Source: an uncultured Nitrospiraceae bacterium (lineage in GTDB: Bacteria; Nitrospirota; Nitrospiria; Nitrospirales; Nitrospiraceae). From it: a DNA stretch of 64,000 nt. Position numbers and translations under genes: made by a program. The notes under the pieces are model-generated. The model had not been told where the DNA came from and searched no databases. It saw only the letters and a list, made by a program, of their open reading frames with translations. Position 1 is the first letter of the stretch; every line of letters starts with the position of its first letter. This document shows positions 29,796 to 41,033 of the stretch, piece after piece. The stretch spans positions 672,001 through 736,000 of the forward strand of contig CAVPLT010000007.1 in NCBI GenBank assembly GCA_963706325.1, written 5' to 3'.

Positions 29796-30677
29796 ATGGA
29801 CTATGTGAAGCCATACGGCGTAGTGGATAGTATGTTGGCCGGCGGTGCAGTGAAGCTGAGTTTGCCGCCACGTCAACTCTTACTTCGTGGCATGCTGGCT
29901 GGCGCCTATCTGGGCATCGGGACCAGCATGGCGGTGACGGTGGCCGTCGAAACAGGATATTGGATTATCGGCAGCCTCCTCTTTCCATTCGGATTGGCCC
30001 TGGCCATTCTGCTGGGCGCGGAGATCATCACCGGTAGTTTCGCGCTCTTGCCTTGCGCAGCGGTCGCAGGACAAAAAAATGCGGGCCTTCGTCAGGTGTG
30101 TGCCAACTGGGGTTGGGTCTTCCTCGGTAATCTTCTCGGAAGCATCTTATATGCGGGCTTGTTCGCAATTGCCCTCACAACCGCCGGAGACGCCCAGATC
30201 AATGCAGTCGGAACGAAGCTGATTGCCATTGCCGAAGCGAAAACCAACTACTATGCATCGCACGGCACGGCTGGTCTTCTCGCGGCCTTCACGAAAGGGA
30301 TGCTCTGTAACTGGATGGTCAGCCTGGCGGTCGTCGCAGCCTTTATGTCGACGTCCTTCTCCGGGAAAATCCTTGCCATCTGGGGTCCTACCTTGTTGTT
30401 CTTTTCTCAAGGGTTCGAGCATGCGGTGGTCAATATGTTTCTGATTCCCGTCGGTATGATCCTGGGTGCAAATGTCAGCGTCTCGACCTGGTGGCTCTGG
30501 AATCAAATCCCAGTGACTCTGGGGAACCTGGTCGGAGGTATGGTGTTTACCGGCCTAGCGATTTATGCGGCTCATCGTGGTCCGGCGACTAGCTCGCCAC
30601 AAGCGATCTCCGCAGGGCTAGTGGTTCAGCCTGCGAATTCCCCCTCCGATCAGCCGGGATATTCTCCTTCCTATTGA
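29796..30677 (+). CDS. Formate/nitrite transporter (FNT) family channel
   Basis: FPFGL, GAEIITG, GNLLGS, KGMLCNWMV, GFEHAVVNM and VTLGNLVGG. AAGGAGG RBS. Confidence 0.93.
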   Translation: MDYVKPYGVVDSMLAGGAVKLSLPPRQLLLRGMLAGAYLGIGTSMAVTVAVETGYWIIGSLLFPFGLALAILLGAEIITGSFALLPCAAVAGQKNAGLRQVCANWGWVFLGNLLGSILYAGLFAIALTTAGDAQINAVGTKLIAIAEAKTNYYASHGTAGLLAAFTKGMLCNWMVSLAVVAAFMSTSFSGKILAIWGPTLLFFSQGFEHAVVNMFLIPVGMILGANVSVSTWWLWNQIPVTLGNLVGGMVFTGLAIYAAHRGPATSSPQAISAGLVVQPANSPSDQPGYSPSY

Positions 30678-30693
30678 GTCATGGAGTTCGGTA

Positions 30694-32292
30694 GTGGCGA
30701 CGGTATATTTGAGACGGTTGCATGGGTGGCGGTTCGTACTTTTCAATGCCGTGCTGGGGTTGGCGCACATCGTCGTCCTGTTCAATGCCGGTTCGTACAT
30801 CGCACTGTTACCTCACGTGTCCGGGGATCTTGGGGGAGTGCTGCCAAGTTTTCTTACCTGGGCGCAAACCGATTTCATGGTTGGCTTGGCCCTCGGGTTT
30901 CCTCTCGCGCGGTATCTGTCAGGACGGATCGGCGATTATCGCCTGCTGATCGGAGCCTTCATGGTTTACAGCGTGGCGTCCTATTTGTGCGGCGACAGTC
31001 AAACGCTCGCGCAGTTCGTTCCCGCTCGCATCGTACAAGGCATCGCCGGCGGCATCACTTTGCCAATCGCCCAATCCATGCTGCTCAACGAATACCCGAA
31101 GCGGTTAAAGGCGGTGGCACTGACCGTCTGGGGCCTGTTCAGCATTACGCCCTTCACGATCGGGATGCCGGTAGGTGGCTACATCGCCTACATGCTCGGC
31201 TGGCGATTTCTATTTTATCTGGATTTTGTGCTCACGCTCGTGATTGTCGGCACGCTGGGCGCATTGTTGTATGGCCGTGGGTTTCGCCGACGGTATACCC
31301 GCTTTGATTTGGTAGGGTTTCTGCTGTTGGCGGTCCTGCTGTTAGGCCTTCAGACGCTGCTCAACATGGGCAACGATTTCGACTGGCTGGATTCGCCGTT
31401 TCTTCAAGCCATTGCTGTGGTTCTGCTGATCGCCTTTCCCTGCTTCATCATTTGGGAACTCGGGGAGCGACAGCCGACACTGGATCTGCGACTGTTCATG
31501 CATCGCAATTTTGTGATCGGCCTTATCACCCTGACGCTCGGGTTCTTTTCCATCCAGGGACTGTTGTCGTTGCTGATCGTGCATATTCAGTTGATTCTGG
31601 GATATTCGTCGAAGTTGGCTGGGCTGGCGCTCCTCCCTCTGGTATTGCTGGGCGCGCCTGCGATTGCGGTCATGCACATGCTGTGCAAATACATCGATGC
31701 GCGCTGGCTCATATGCCTGAACAGTCTCGGATTTGCCTGGACCTTTTATTGGCTCGGGCTGTACGACGATCCGCATTCGTACGAAGAGCTGTTCTGGCCT
31801 ATGGCCGTGGAAGGCGTGTTTCTCGGATCGTTTTTCACGCCTGTGACGGTGCTCATCCTGCACGGCCTGACCGGTCCCCTGGTCATGCGGGCGGCTGAAG
31901 TCGCCAATCTACTACGCGTCGCCGCGGGCGCCTTTGGAATCACGTTCCAAGGGATCGTCCTATTCCGACGCATCAATTTCCATCAACTGCATTTGGCCGA
32001 TCACTTTGGCGGACGGCAGTCGATCTCCTTCGATCCGATGGGACAATTGGCCACCAAACTGGGAGCGGCGGGATTGTCACCGGCGGAAATTCAGGCCAAG
32101 CTTGGATTCTTAATTAGGCAAGAGGCCGCAATCCTTGGCCTCAACGACGCCTTTTTCGTGGCGAGTTTCATGTTTGTCGGATTGGGCATCCTCGTGTGGT
32201 TCGCTCATCCGACACATTTGCCTGTGACGCCAACTCCCGCCGAAGACCTTCGCCAGCGGCGCGCTGAGGAATTGATTGAGGAGGTGCCATGA
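30694..32292 (+). CDS. EmrB/QacA (DHA2) MFS efflux permease
   Basis: 14-TM pattern with RIVQGIAGG, GNDFDW and DLRLF.RNF. Confidence 0.88.
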   Translation: MATVYLRRLHGWRFVLFNAVLGLAHIVVLFNAGSYIALLPHVSGDLGGVLPSFLTWAQTDFMVGLALGFPLARYLSGRIGDYRLLIGAFMVYSVASYLCGDSQTLAQFVPARIVQGIAGGITLPIAQSMLLNEYPKRLKAVALTVWGLFSITPFTIGMPVGGYIAYMLGWRFLFYLDFVLTLVIVGTLGALLYGRGFRRRYTRFDLVGFLLLAVLLLGLQTLLNMGNDFDWLDSPFLQAIAVVLLIAFPCFIIWELGERQPTLDLRLFMHRNFVIGLITLTLGFFSIQGLLSLLIVHIQLILGYSSKLAGLALLPLVLLGAPAIAVMHMLCKYIDARWLICLNSLGFAWTFYWLGLYDDPHSYEELFWPMAVEGVFLGSFFTPVTVLILHGLTGPLVMRAAEVANLLRVAAGAFGITFQGIVLFRRINFHQLHLADHFGGRQSISFDPMGQLATKLGAAGLSPAEIQAKLGFLIRQEAAILGLNDAFFVASFMFVGLGILVWFAHPTHLPVTPTPAEDLRQRRAEELIEEVP

Positions 32293-33797
32293 GATCGTAT
32301 TCAACGACTGCGCGGCGGTTGACACTCTGTCTCCGCATCAGCTGCGCGCTGCTCCTCGGTGGTTGTGCGTGGATCCCGAAGGGCGATCCGCCCGCGCAAT
32401 ATCTCGAACCAGTGGAAATGACGGAGACCTTGGCGGAGGTCACGAGCCGCCTCCAGAAGTGGCCTGAAGACCACTGGTGGGAACAGTTCGGCAATCCAGA
32501 GCTCAATGGATTAATCGAGCAGGCCCTCAAGGACAATCCAGGCTTGAAGCACGCGGCCGCACGGTTGCGGCAAGCCACATCGCTCGTAAAGGTCGAAGGT
32601 GCGCGGCTGTTGCCGTTTTTAGAAGCCGATGCCTCACTGACCTATGAGCGCATATCACAGCATGGCGTGTTTGCGGCCCTGAACCCGGAAGTGGCCGGCA
32701 TCAAAATTATGTACGGGATCATCAACCCCTTGAGCTTCCGGTATGAATTCGATTTCTGGGGTAAGAATCGCGCCATGCTGGAGGCCGCCTTGGGACATGC
32801 TGCGGCCGAAGAGGCGGAAACAGCGGAGGTCCGCCTGCGTTTAACCACTGGTATTGCCCGCGCCTATTTCCGTGGACAGGCGCTTCAACAACAACTCGCT
32901 ATCGTCAAAACGATTGTCCGCATCCGCCGGGATCTCAAAACGCTCGCGGAGACACGATTCCGTCTGGGGCTTGATAATGACCAGCCCGTCAAACTTGCCG
33001 CGGCCGATTATGAGGCGGCATTCAAGCGTCAAGCGGCGATTCGCGATCAACTTGACGTGCAGCGTCACTTGCTGGCGCGATTGGCCGGAAAAGGGCCGGA
33101 TGAGGCGGCCCATCTCTTCGCGAAACCGAAAGTGATCGTCCCGAGTCAGATTGCAGCGCCCGATCATCTGTCCATAGGGCTGCTGGTCCATCGCCCCGAT
33201 TTGGCCTCAGCGCTCTACCGGGCTCATGCTGCCTCTCGCATGGTCAGAGTGGCGACGACGCAGTTCTATCCCACGATTGATTTGACGGGGTTCATAGGGT
33301 TCAACGCCCTGACATTAGCCAAGGGGACCGACAAGCTCGCCAATTTTCTTTTCAGCGGCCAGAGCTTGAGCTATGGACTGGCCCCCGGACTGCGCATGCC
33401 TTGGTTCGAGGGCGGCAGACTCCGTGGTGAATTGGGAGCGCAACGGGCCGAATATGATGCGGCCGTGGAACTCTACAATGACACCCTGCTGGATGCCATG
33501 CGGGAAGTGGCCGATAGTCTGAGCGCCTGGCAAACCACCAACGAGATCATGGCCTCGCACAAACGGCTGGTGGCTTCGTTGGGTGATGATTGGCGCTTGG
33601 CAAAGATACGACTCGTGAATGGTCTTGATGATGATCGCGAGGTGCTCAGGCATCGGTACCCGGTCTTGGAGCAGGAGTATGCGTTAAGGGCTCTGGAAAG
33701 CGACCAATTGGTTGCAGCCGTCGATTTGATCGAATCGTTGGGAGGCGGATATCACAATCCCGACATAGAAAAACGACCGAAACACAATCCGAGTTAA
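32289..33797 (+). CDS. NodT-family outer membrane efflux lipoprotein
   Basis: Lipobox LGGC, WWEQFGNPEL, FDFWGK, RPDL and LGGG. Confidence 0.92.
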   Translation: MRSYSTTARRLTLCLRISCALLLGGCAWIPKGDPPAQYLEPVEMTETLAEVTSRLQKWPEDHWWEQFGNPELNGLIEQALKDNPGLKHAAARLRQATSLVKVEGARLLPFLEADASLTYERISQHGVFAALNPEVAGIKIMYGIINPLSFRYEFDFWGKNRAMLEAALGHAAAEEAETAEVRLRLTTGIARAYFRGQALQQQLAIVKTIVRIRRDLKTLAETRFRLGLDNDQPVKLAAADYEAAFKRQAAIRDQLDVQRHLLARLAGKGPDEAAHLFAKPKVIVPSQIAAPDHLSIGLLVHRPDLASALYRAHAASRMVRVATTQFYPTIDLTGFIGFNALTLAKGTDKLANFLFSGQSLSYGLAPGLRMPWFEGGRLRGELGAQRAEYDAAVELYNDTLLDAMREVADSLSAWQTTNEIMASHKRLVASLGDDWRLAKIRLVNGLDDDREVLRHRYPVLEQEYALRALESDQLVAAVDLIESLGGGYHNPDIEKRPKHNPS

Positions 33798-33801
33798 ATC
33801 T

Positions 33802-35349
33802 ATGACAACCACAACTGCAGGTATGTCGCATGCTTCCCCATCTCCCGGTGGACCTCCGTCGGCTGGCCCCTATCGCATCCATCCGAAGGCCATTCGCGCG
33901 CGTCGGAACCGACGCTTACTGGTGGTGGCCGGCTTGGTCTTGATTGCTACCATCGGGTACTTGATCTACTGGTATACCCATGATCGCTTTTGGATACGAA
34001 CCGACAATGCCTATGTCACGGGCAACCTTGTTCCAGTGGCCGCGCAGGCCTCTGGAATCGTGACGCAGGTATTGGCAGAAGAGACTCAATTTGTGAATCG
34101 AGGGGACCTGATGATTCGGCTGGATGAGCATCAGGCCTATGCCGCGTTGGGACGAGCCCGCGGTCGGTTAGGCGAAGAAGTGCGGCGTATTGCGGCGCTG
34201 TTTATCACCCGCAAACAGGTGACGGAGAAATTGCGGTCCCGCACCGCTCGGTTGGACTTGGCTGAGCATGACATGGAACGCTATCAACGAGCTTCTCCAA
34301 GCGGCGCGATTTCCAAACAAATCTTGCAAAATACTGCGGATAAAGTTTCGAGCCTGGACGCGGAAGTACGTGAGACGCAGGCCGAGCTGGATTCGCTCGA
34401 AGCGCAGATCGGCGGCACGACGGTCATGGCCCATCCGGCCGTTGATCTAGCCAAACATCAACTGATCGAAGCGCACTTGGAATATGCGCGCCAACAGATT
34501 CGTGCTCCGATATCGGGATATGTCGCCAAACGAAAAGCGCAGGTCGGAGATCGCGTCCATCCGGGCGCCTTGCTGATGACGATCGTGCCGTTGGATCACC
34601 TATGGGTGGAGGCGAATCTGCGCGAAACCGAACTGCAACACGTGCGTCCCGGGCAGCCGGCATTGGTGAACGTGAATCTATACGGATCAAAACAAACTTT
34701 CCATGGCACGGTCGAGGGGCTGGTGCCAGGTAGCGGCAGCGCGTTCGCTTTGCTGCCGCCCGATAATTCAACCGGCAACTTTATTCACATCGTCGAACGA
34801 GTGCCGGTGCGTATCGCGTTACCGGCCGATGAACTTCGGGAACATCCGATCCGGCCGGGCTTGTCGACCGTGACCAGTATTAACATCACCGAGTCGGGGC
34901 AGTCCGTGTGGACTTCCTTAGCCACCCCCTCCACGGCAGAGTATGAAACCGACGTTTATGCTGATGAGTTGCCCACTGCGGAAGCTATGGCGAAGGAAGT
35001 AGTGGCGACCAATTTGGTGGTGAATGATCGCGGGGCAGCGGTTGATTCGTTGCTTGAAGAGGAAGAGGGACTCGAGAGGAGTGTTCCGAGGAAGGAGAAA
35101 TTACCACTGCCTTCCGAAAGTCGAACTTCGTCGAGCCTCGACCGGAGGCGCGATCGTCGGGAGGGGATGTCGAACTCATTTGTTCCGAGACGAAGTCCCG
35201 ATCTGGGGGCGACAACCTTTCCTCTTACTCCTTCAATCGGTCCAGGCTCAGGATCGTTGGGTCCTGAAGCGGGGCGCAGTCCTTCGCGATTAAGATCGGG
35301 GTTTGAAATGGACGAGGGCAGGCGTCCGTTGGGCAGCGGTCGGCATTAA
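33802..35349 (+). CDS. EmrA/HlyD-family periplasmic adaptor with long low-complexity C-terminal tail
   Basis: TDNAYV, IRAPISG, WVEAN.RET, GSAFALLP.DN.TGNFI and RVPVRI. Confidence 0.9.
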   Translation: MTTTTAGMSHASPSPGGPPSAGPYRIHPKAIRARRNRRLLVVAGLVLIATIGYLIYWYTHDRFWIRTDNAYVTGNLVPVAAQASGIVTQVLAEETQFVNRGDLMIRLDEHQAYAALGRARGRLGEEVRRIAALFITRKQVTEKLRSRTARLDLAEHDMERYQRASPSGAISKQILQNTADKVSSLDAEVRETQAELDSLEAQIGGTTVMAHPAVDLAKHQLIEAHLEYARQQIRAPISGYVAKRKAQVGDRVHPGALLMTIVPLDHLWVEANLRETELQHVRPGQPALVNVNLYGSKQTFHGTVEGLVPGSGSAFALLPPDNSTGNFIHIVERVPVRIALPADELREHPIRPGLSTVTSINITESGQSVWTSLATPSTAEYETDVYADELPTAEAMAKEVVATNLVVNDRGAAVDSLLEEEEGLERSVPRKEKLPLPSESRTSSSLDRRRDRREGMSNSFVPRRSPDLGATTFPLTPSIGPGSGSLGPEAGRSPSRLRSGFEMDEGRRPLGSGRH

Positions 35350-35618
35350 CTGCGTGTCGCAGAATCGGCGTACCCCACACGGCGGCGGGGTGCTGCAGCC
35401 GGCGCCACATTATTTTTTGATGAAGATTCGGAAAGCATCTGGAATAAGAAATCCAGCCATCCTATGATGCCGCAAGCGCTCCCAGCCGCACCGACCGACA
35501 TATAAGGCCTTCCTGGAGGTCTGCATCTTCCTTCGCCTCTCCTGACGGCCGTTCGCTTCAGTACGCACGTCATTGCGCGGTCCGCAGACAGTCATGTTTT
35601 GGAAAGAGGAAGCACGGC

Positions 35619-37139
35619 GTGCATAACGTTGCACTCAACTATCGGACCCTGTTGTCAGTTACCAATGTGCTGAATTCCCAGCGTAACCGGCAGAGTCTGT
35701 TTCGCGCCATCACAGAGCAGTTAACGAAGGTGGTTCGTTGGGAACGTGCAGGAATCACCGTGTACGATTTGCAGTCGGACGCGTTCCGGTTTTATGCGGT
35801 AGAAACGAACCTGCCCAAAGTGGTGCTCCGAAGCGACGCGATGATTCCTCGCGCTCAGAGCGCGGTGGGCTGGGTCTATGATCATCATCGTGTGCATGTG
35901 CGGCCTCGCCTTCAGGAGGAACGGTTGTTCATCGAGGATGAGTGCTACCTGGAGGAAGGCCTGGGTCGCATGATCAACCTTCCGATGGTGGTTCAGGAGG
36001 CCTGCCTAGGAACCTTGAATATCGGCAGCGTTGAGGCCGGCCTTCCTGATCCTGACGATGTTGATTTTCTGCAGCAGGTGGCCACGCAGATCGGGTTTGC
36101 CATTGCTCAGGTCAATGCCTATGAGGAGATCAACCGCCTGAAGGAACAATTGGCGCGGGAAAATGTGTATCTGGCTGAAGAGTTGAAGGCGACGCAAGAC
36201 TTCGGCATCGTTGTGGGCGGAAGCCAGGCGTTTGAGCAGGTGCTGGCGCTCGCGCGACAGGCGGCGCCCACGAGCGCGACGGTCATGGTGACCGGCGATA
36301 CCGGTACCGGCAAGGAAGTCCTGGCGCGGGCTATCCATGAAAGAAGCCTACGCCGGGATCGAGCGTTCGTTCGGCTGAATTGCGCGGCGCTCCCGTCAGG
36401 ATTGATTGAGAGTGAATTGTTTGGCCACGAGCGGGGCGCTTTTACGGGCGCTGAACATCAACGTATCGGCCGCTTTGAACTCGCTGATGGGGGCACGTTG
36501 TTTCTGGACGAGATCGGGGAAATGCCGCTCGACGCGCAGGCCAAACTCTTACGCGTGCTTCAGGATGGTCTCGTCGATCGAGTCGGTGGCGCCAAGTCCA
36601 TTCCGGTCGATGTTCGGGTGATTGCAGCCACGAACGCCGACTTACATAAGGCTATCCTGCAGGGGCGTTTCCGAAGCGATTTATTCTACCGGCTGAATGT
36701 CTTTCCCATTCACATGCCTCCGTTAAGAGAACGCCCTGAAGATATTCCGGTCCTGGCCCGACATTTCCTTCGGTTCCATGCCCAGCGGCTGAAGCGTGGT
36801 TGTGAGGACTTCGACGGGCCATCGATGGAGCGATTGGTGCAATATGATTGGCCCGGAAATGTTCGAGAGCTTGAGAACATGGTAGAGCGTGGATTGATCC
36901 TGTGCCACGATCGATTGTTACGTATCGATCCGACTATGGTGAACGTGCATACATCCACCGGATCAAACCCTCGACGAACGCTGCAAGACGAGGAACGTCG
37001 GCACATCCTGCAGGCCCTTACCTTGCTGGAGTGGCGAATAGAAGGGCCGGGCGGAGCGGCAGAGCGGTTGGGACTGGCCCCGAGCACACTACGTAGCCGA
37101 TTGCGGAAACTCGGCGTTCGACGACCGTCCAGAAATTAG
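35619..37139 (+). CDS. GAF-domain FhlA-like sigma54-dependent activator
   Basis: N-terminal [25 protein letters not shown] and [27 protein letters not shown] start. Confidence 0.92.
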   Translation: MHNVALNYRTLLSVTNVLNSQRNRQSLFRAITEQLTKVVRWERAGITVYDLQSDAFRFYAVETNLPKVVLRSDAMIPRAQSAVGWVYDHHRVHVRPRLQEERLFIEDECYLEEGLGRMINLPMVVQEACLGTLNIGSVEAGLPDPDDVDFLQQVATQIGFAIAQVNAYEEINRLKEQLARENVYLAEELKATQDFGIVVGGSQAFEQVLALARQAAPTSATVMVTGDTGTGKEVLARAIHERSLRRDRAFVRLNCAALPSGLIESELFGHERGAFTGAEHQRIGRFELADGGTLFLDEIGEMPLDAQAKLLRVLQDGLVDRVGGAKSIPVDVRVIAATNADLHKAILQGRFRSDLFYRLNVFPIHMPPLRERPEDIPVLARHFLRFHAQRLKRGCEDFDGPSMERLVQYDWPGNVRELENMVERGLILCHDRLLRIDPTMVNVHTSTGSNPRRTLQDEERRHILQALTLLEWRIEGPGGAAERLGLAPSTLRSRLRKLGVRRPSRN

Positions 37140-37193
37140 ATCTTCTCTCCGCACCGTTTTCCTATCAATTACTTCCCCTTTGAACCTACCATC

Positions 37194-37243
37194 CCACGAG
37201 TATTCGTGGTGGCGCCGTGGTTTCCCACCACGCTTCTTCGTGG
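37194..37243. promoter_or_regulatory. Tandem palindromes, putative enhancer for nxrA copy 2
   Basis: CCACGAGTATTCGTGG (37194-37209) and CCACGCTTCTTCGTGG (37228-37243). Confidence 0.6.
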
Positions 37244-37335
37244 GTGTTGTGCGTCCCTTCATCAGATTCATTCGTCACCAATTTCTGTCGTCAATTATTT
37301 CAACGACATAGACGACCTGAGACAAATCGCGCTCG

Positions 37336-37351
37336 TGGCACACGAGGTGCA
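37336..37351 (+). promoter_or_regulatory. sigma54 -24/-12 promoter of nxrA copy 2
   Basis: TGGCACACGAGGTGCA (GG-N10-GC). Confidence 0.72.
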
Positions 37352-37590
37352 CAAGCGGTTGTCGTGATTTTTTATTCTCTTACTCTTTTAGCCGAGGAAC
37401 GTGGTTCCTCGCGCAGGGGACTGCGCGCCGTGGCGTCGCTGTGTGACCGGCCACTCGTGCGGCGGTGGAACCATGCGTCTGGAAGGGGGGGCTGTGTTCG
37501 TCATCCTGCTCCGGTCATCGGGGAAGTTGTCTGCGGCGCCATGGAGTGTGGCGCCGGTAGGGTGTCCTGTCTTCATATGAGGAGGTATTC

Positions 37591-40500
37591 ATGATGCAGT
37601 TATCGCGCAGGCAGTTCTTGAAGGTCTCGGCGGGTACGGTTGCCGTGGCAGCCATTGCCGACAAGGCCTTGGCGTTGACCGCGCTGCAACCAGTCGTCGA
37701 GGTCGATAATCCGTTGGGTGAATATCCTGACCGGTCGTGGGAGCGTGTCTATCACGATCAGTATCGATATGACTCATCCTTTACCTGGTGCTGTTCACCG
37801 AACGATACCCATGCCTGTCGTATCCGGGCTTTCGTTCGAAACGGCGTCGTGATGCGCGTCGAACAGAACTATGACCACCAGACGTACGAAGATCTCTACG
37901 GCAACCGCGGCACGTTCGCGCATAACCCGCGCATGTGCTTGAAGGGATTCACCTTCCATCGCCGCGTGTACGGTCCCTATCGCTTGAAGGGTCCGTTGAT
38001 GCGGAAGGGCTGGAAGCAGTGGATGGACGACGGTTCTCCGGAGCTGACGTCGGACATCAAGCGCAAGTACAAATTCGACAGCCGTTTTCTCGACGATATG
38101 GTCCGGGTGTCCTGGGACACCGCATTTACGTATGTGGCTAAAGGGCTGGTCGTCATTTCGACCCGTTACAGCGGCGAGGCCGGCGCGCGTCGGCTCCGTG
38201 AGCAGGGCTATGCGCCGGAAATGATCGAAATGATGAAGGGCGCGGGCGTACGGACCTTCAAACATCGAGCCGGTATGCCGATTCTTGGCATGATGGGCAA
38301 ACATGCCAATACGAGATTTAATAATTGTGTGTTGCCGTTATTGGACAGTTGGATTCGCAAGGTGAATCCGGATCAAGCGCAAGGTGGTCGGTACTGGAAC
38401 AATTATACGTGGCACGGCGATCAAGATCCTTCGCAACCCTGGTGGAATGGAACTCAGAACTGCGACGTTGACCTTTCCGACATGCGCTTCACCAAGCTAA
38501 ACACCAGCTGGGGTAAGAACTTCGTCGAAAACAAAATGCCGGAAGCGCACTGGAAACTTGAAAGCATGGAGCGTGGAGCTCGACTGGTCGTGATTACCCC
38601 GGAATACAATCCGACCGCCAGCCGTGCGGATTACTGGATTCCGGTCCGGCCTGAGACGGACGGCGCCCTGTTTCTGGGCGCGTGCAAAATCATCCTCGAT
38701 GAAAACTACCAGGACATGAATTTCATCAAGGAATTTACCGATATGCCGTTGTTGGTCAGGACGGATACCTTGCAGTACCTGGACCCGCACGAGGTGCTGA
38801 AGGACTATCGGTTACCCGATTTTTCGAAGTCGTACTCCGGCAGGGTGCAAGGTTTAACGAAGGAGAATATCCAACGACTCGGGGGCATGATGGTGTGGGA
38901 TTTGGCGAAGGGCCATGCGGTGCCACTGCACCGGGAGCAGGTCGGTCATCACATGGCCCAGAGTGGTATTGATCCGGCGTTGACCGGCACGTATCGGGTG
39001 AAATTGCTCAACGGGCGCGAAGTCGACGTCATGCCGATTTACCAGATGTATACGATCCATCTGCAGGATTACGATCTCGATACCGTGCACCAGGTGAATC
39101 GTTCGCCGAAAGACCTCATCGTGCGCTGGGCGCGGGATTCCGGCACTGTCAAGCCGGCGGCCATTCACAATGGTGAAGGGGTCTGCCACTATTTCCATAT
39201 GACCTCCATGGGACGCGCCGCGGCATTGGTGATGATGTTGACGGGCAACATCGGCAAGTTCGGCACGGGCTGCCATACCTGGTCCGGTAACTACAAGGTC
39301 GGCATTTGGCAAGCCGCGCCTTGGTCCGGCGCCGGCGCCAGCGTCTATCTCGGAGAAGATCCCTGGAATCTGAATCTCAATCAGGACTCCCATGGCAAGG
39401 AGATCAAATATCGGAAATACTATTATGGCGAGGAGCCGGGGTACTGGAACCACGGCGACAACGCGTTGATCGTCAACACCCCGAAGTACGGGCGTAAAGT
39501 GTTCACCGGCAAGACTCACATGCCGAGCCCGAGCAAAGTCCGCTGGGTCGTAAACGTCAATATTCTCAACAACGCCAAACACCACTATGACATGGTGAAA
39601 AACGTCGACCCGAACATTGAGATGCTGGTGACGCAGGACATCGAGATGACCTCGGACGTGAACCATGCGGACGTCGCCTTTGCCGTGAATTCATGGATGG
39701 AGTTCACCTATCCGGAAATGACCGCCACGGTCTCCAATCCGTGGGTGCAGATCTGGAAGGGCGGGATCCGCCCGTTGTATGACACGAGAAACGACCTCGA
39801 CAGTTTCGCGGGCGTGGCGGCGAAGCTCAAAGAGGTCACCGGTGAACACCGGATGGCCGATACCTATAAATTTGTGTATCAGAATCGTGTGGATATTTAC
39901 GTGCAACGCATTCTGGACGCCTCGAGCACGTTCTTCGGCTACAGTGCTGACGTGATGTTGAAGTCGGAAAAGGGCTGGATGGTCATGTGCCGGACCTATC
40001 CGCGGCATCCGCTCTGGGAAGAGACCAATGAGTCCAAGCCGCATTGGACGCGATCGGGACGTTTGGAAACCTATCGCGTCGAGCCGGAGGCGATCGAATA
40101 CGGGGAAAACTTTATTTCACATCGGGAAGGCCCGGAGTGTACTCCCTATATGCCGAACGCCATTATGACGAGCAATCCCTACGTCCGGCCCGAAGATTAT
40201 GGAATTCCGATCACGGCGCAGCACCACGATGATAAGACGGTGCGGAACATCAAGCTGCCATGGTCGGAAATCAAGCAGCATTCCAATCCATTGTGGGAAA
40301 AGGGCTACCAGTTCTACTGTGTGACGCCCAAGACCCGGCACCGGGTGCACAGCCAATGGTCGGTAAACGACTGGGTGCAGATTTATGAGTCGAACTTCGG
40401 CGATCCGTACCGGATGGACAAACGGACGCCTGGTGTCGGTGAACATCAAATTGCACATCAATCCGCAGGCGGCAAAAGACCGCGGTATCAACGACGGCGA

Positions 40501-41033
40501 CTATTGTTATGTCGACGGGAACCCGGTGGACCGGCCCTATCGTGGCTGGAAACCTTCGGATCCGTTCTATAAAGTCGTCCCGTTTGATGATCCGGGCCAA
40601 GTACAATCCAGCCTATCCGTACCACGTCACGATGGCGAAGCATGCTCCGTACGTGTCGACGGCCAAGTCGGTGAAGGGCCACGAGACGCGGCCGGACGGA
40701 CGCGCCATCGCGGTCGATACCGGCTATCAGTCCAACTTTCGGTACGGCGCGCAACAGTCATTTACGAGGAGCTGGCTCATGCCGATGCACCAGACCGACT
40801 CATTGCCGGGCAAGCAGGCGAATGCGTTGAAGTTCAAGTGGGGATTCGAAATCGATCACCACGCGGTCAACACGGTACCGAAGGAATGCTTGATCCGCAT
40901 CACGAAGGCGGAAGACGGCGGCATCGGAGCCCGTGGGCCCTGGGAACCAGTCCGGACCGGGTTCACGCCGGGTCAGGAAAACGAGTTCATGATCAAGTGG
41001 CTCAAAGGGGAACATATCAAGATCAAGGTCTAA
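37591..41033 (+). CDS. nxrA: Nitrite oxidoreductase alpha subunit (copy 2), with two +1 frameshifts (sequence error or pseudogene)
   Basis: Tat signal SRRQFLK. Collinear with copy 1 across ORFs 37591-40572, 40385-41092 (part) and 40509-41033. Extra A at ~40450 and extra C at ~40576 relative to copy 1. Confidence 0.93.
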
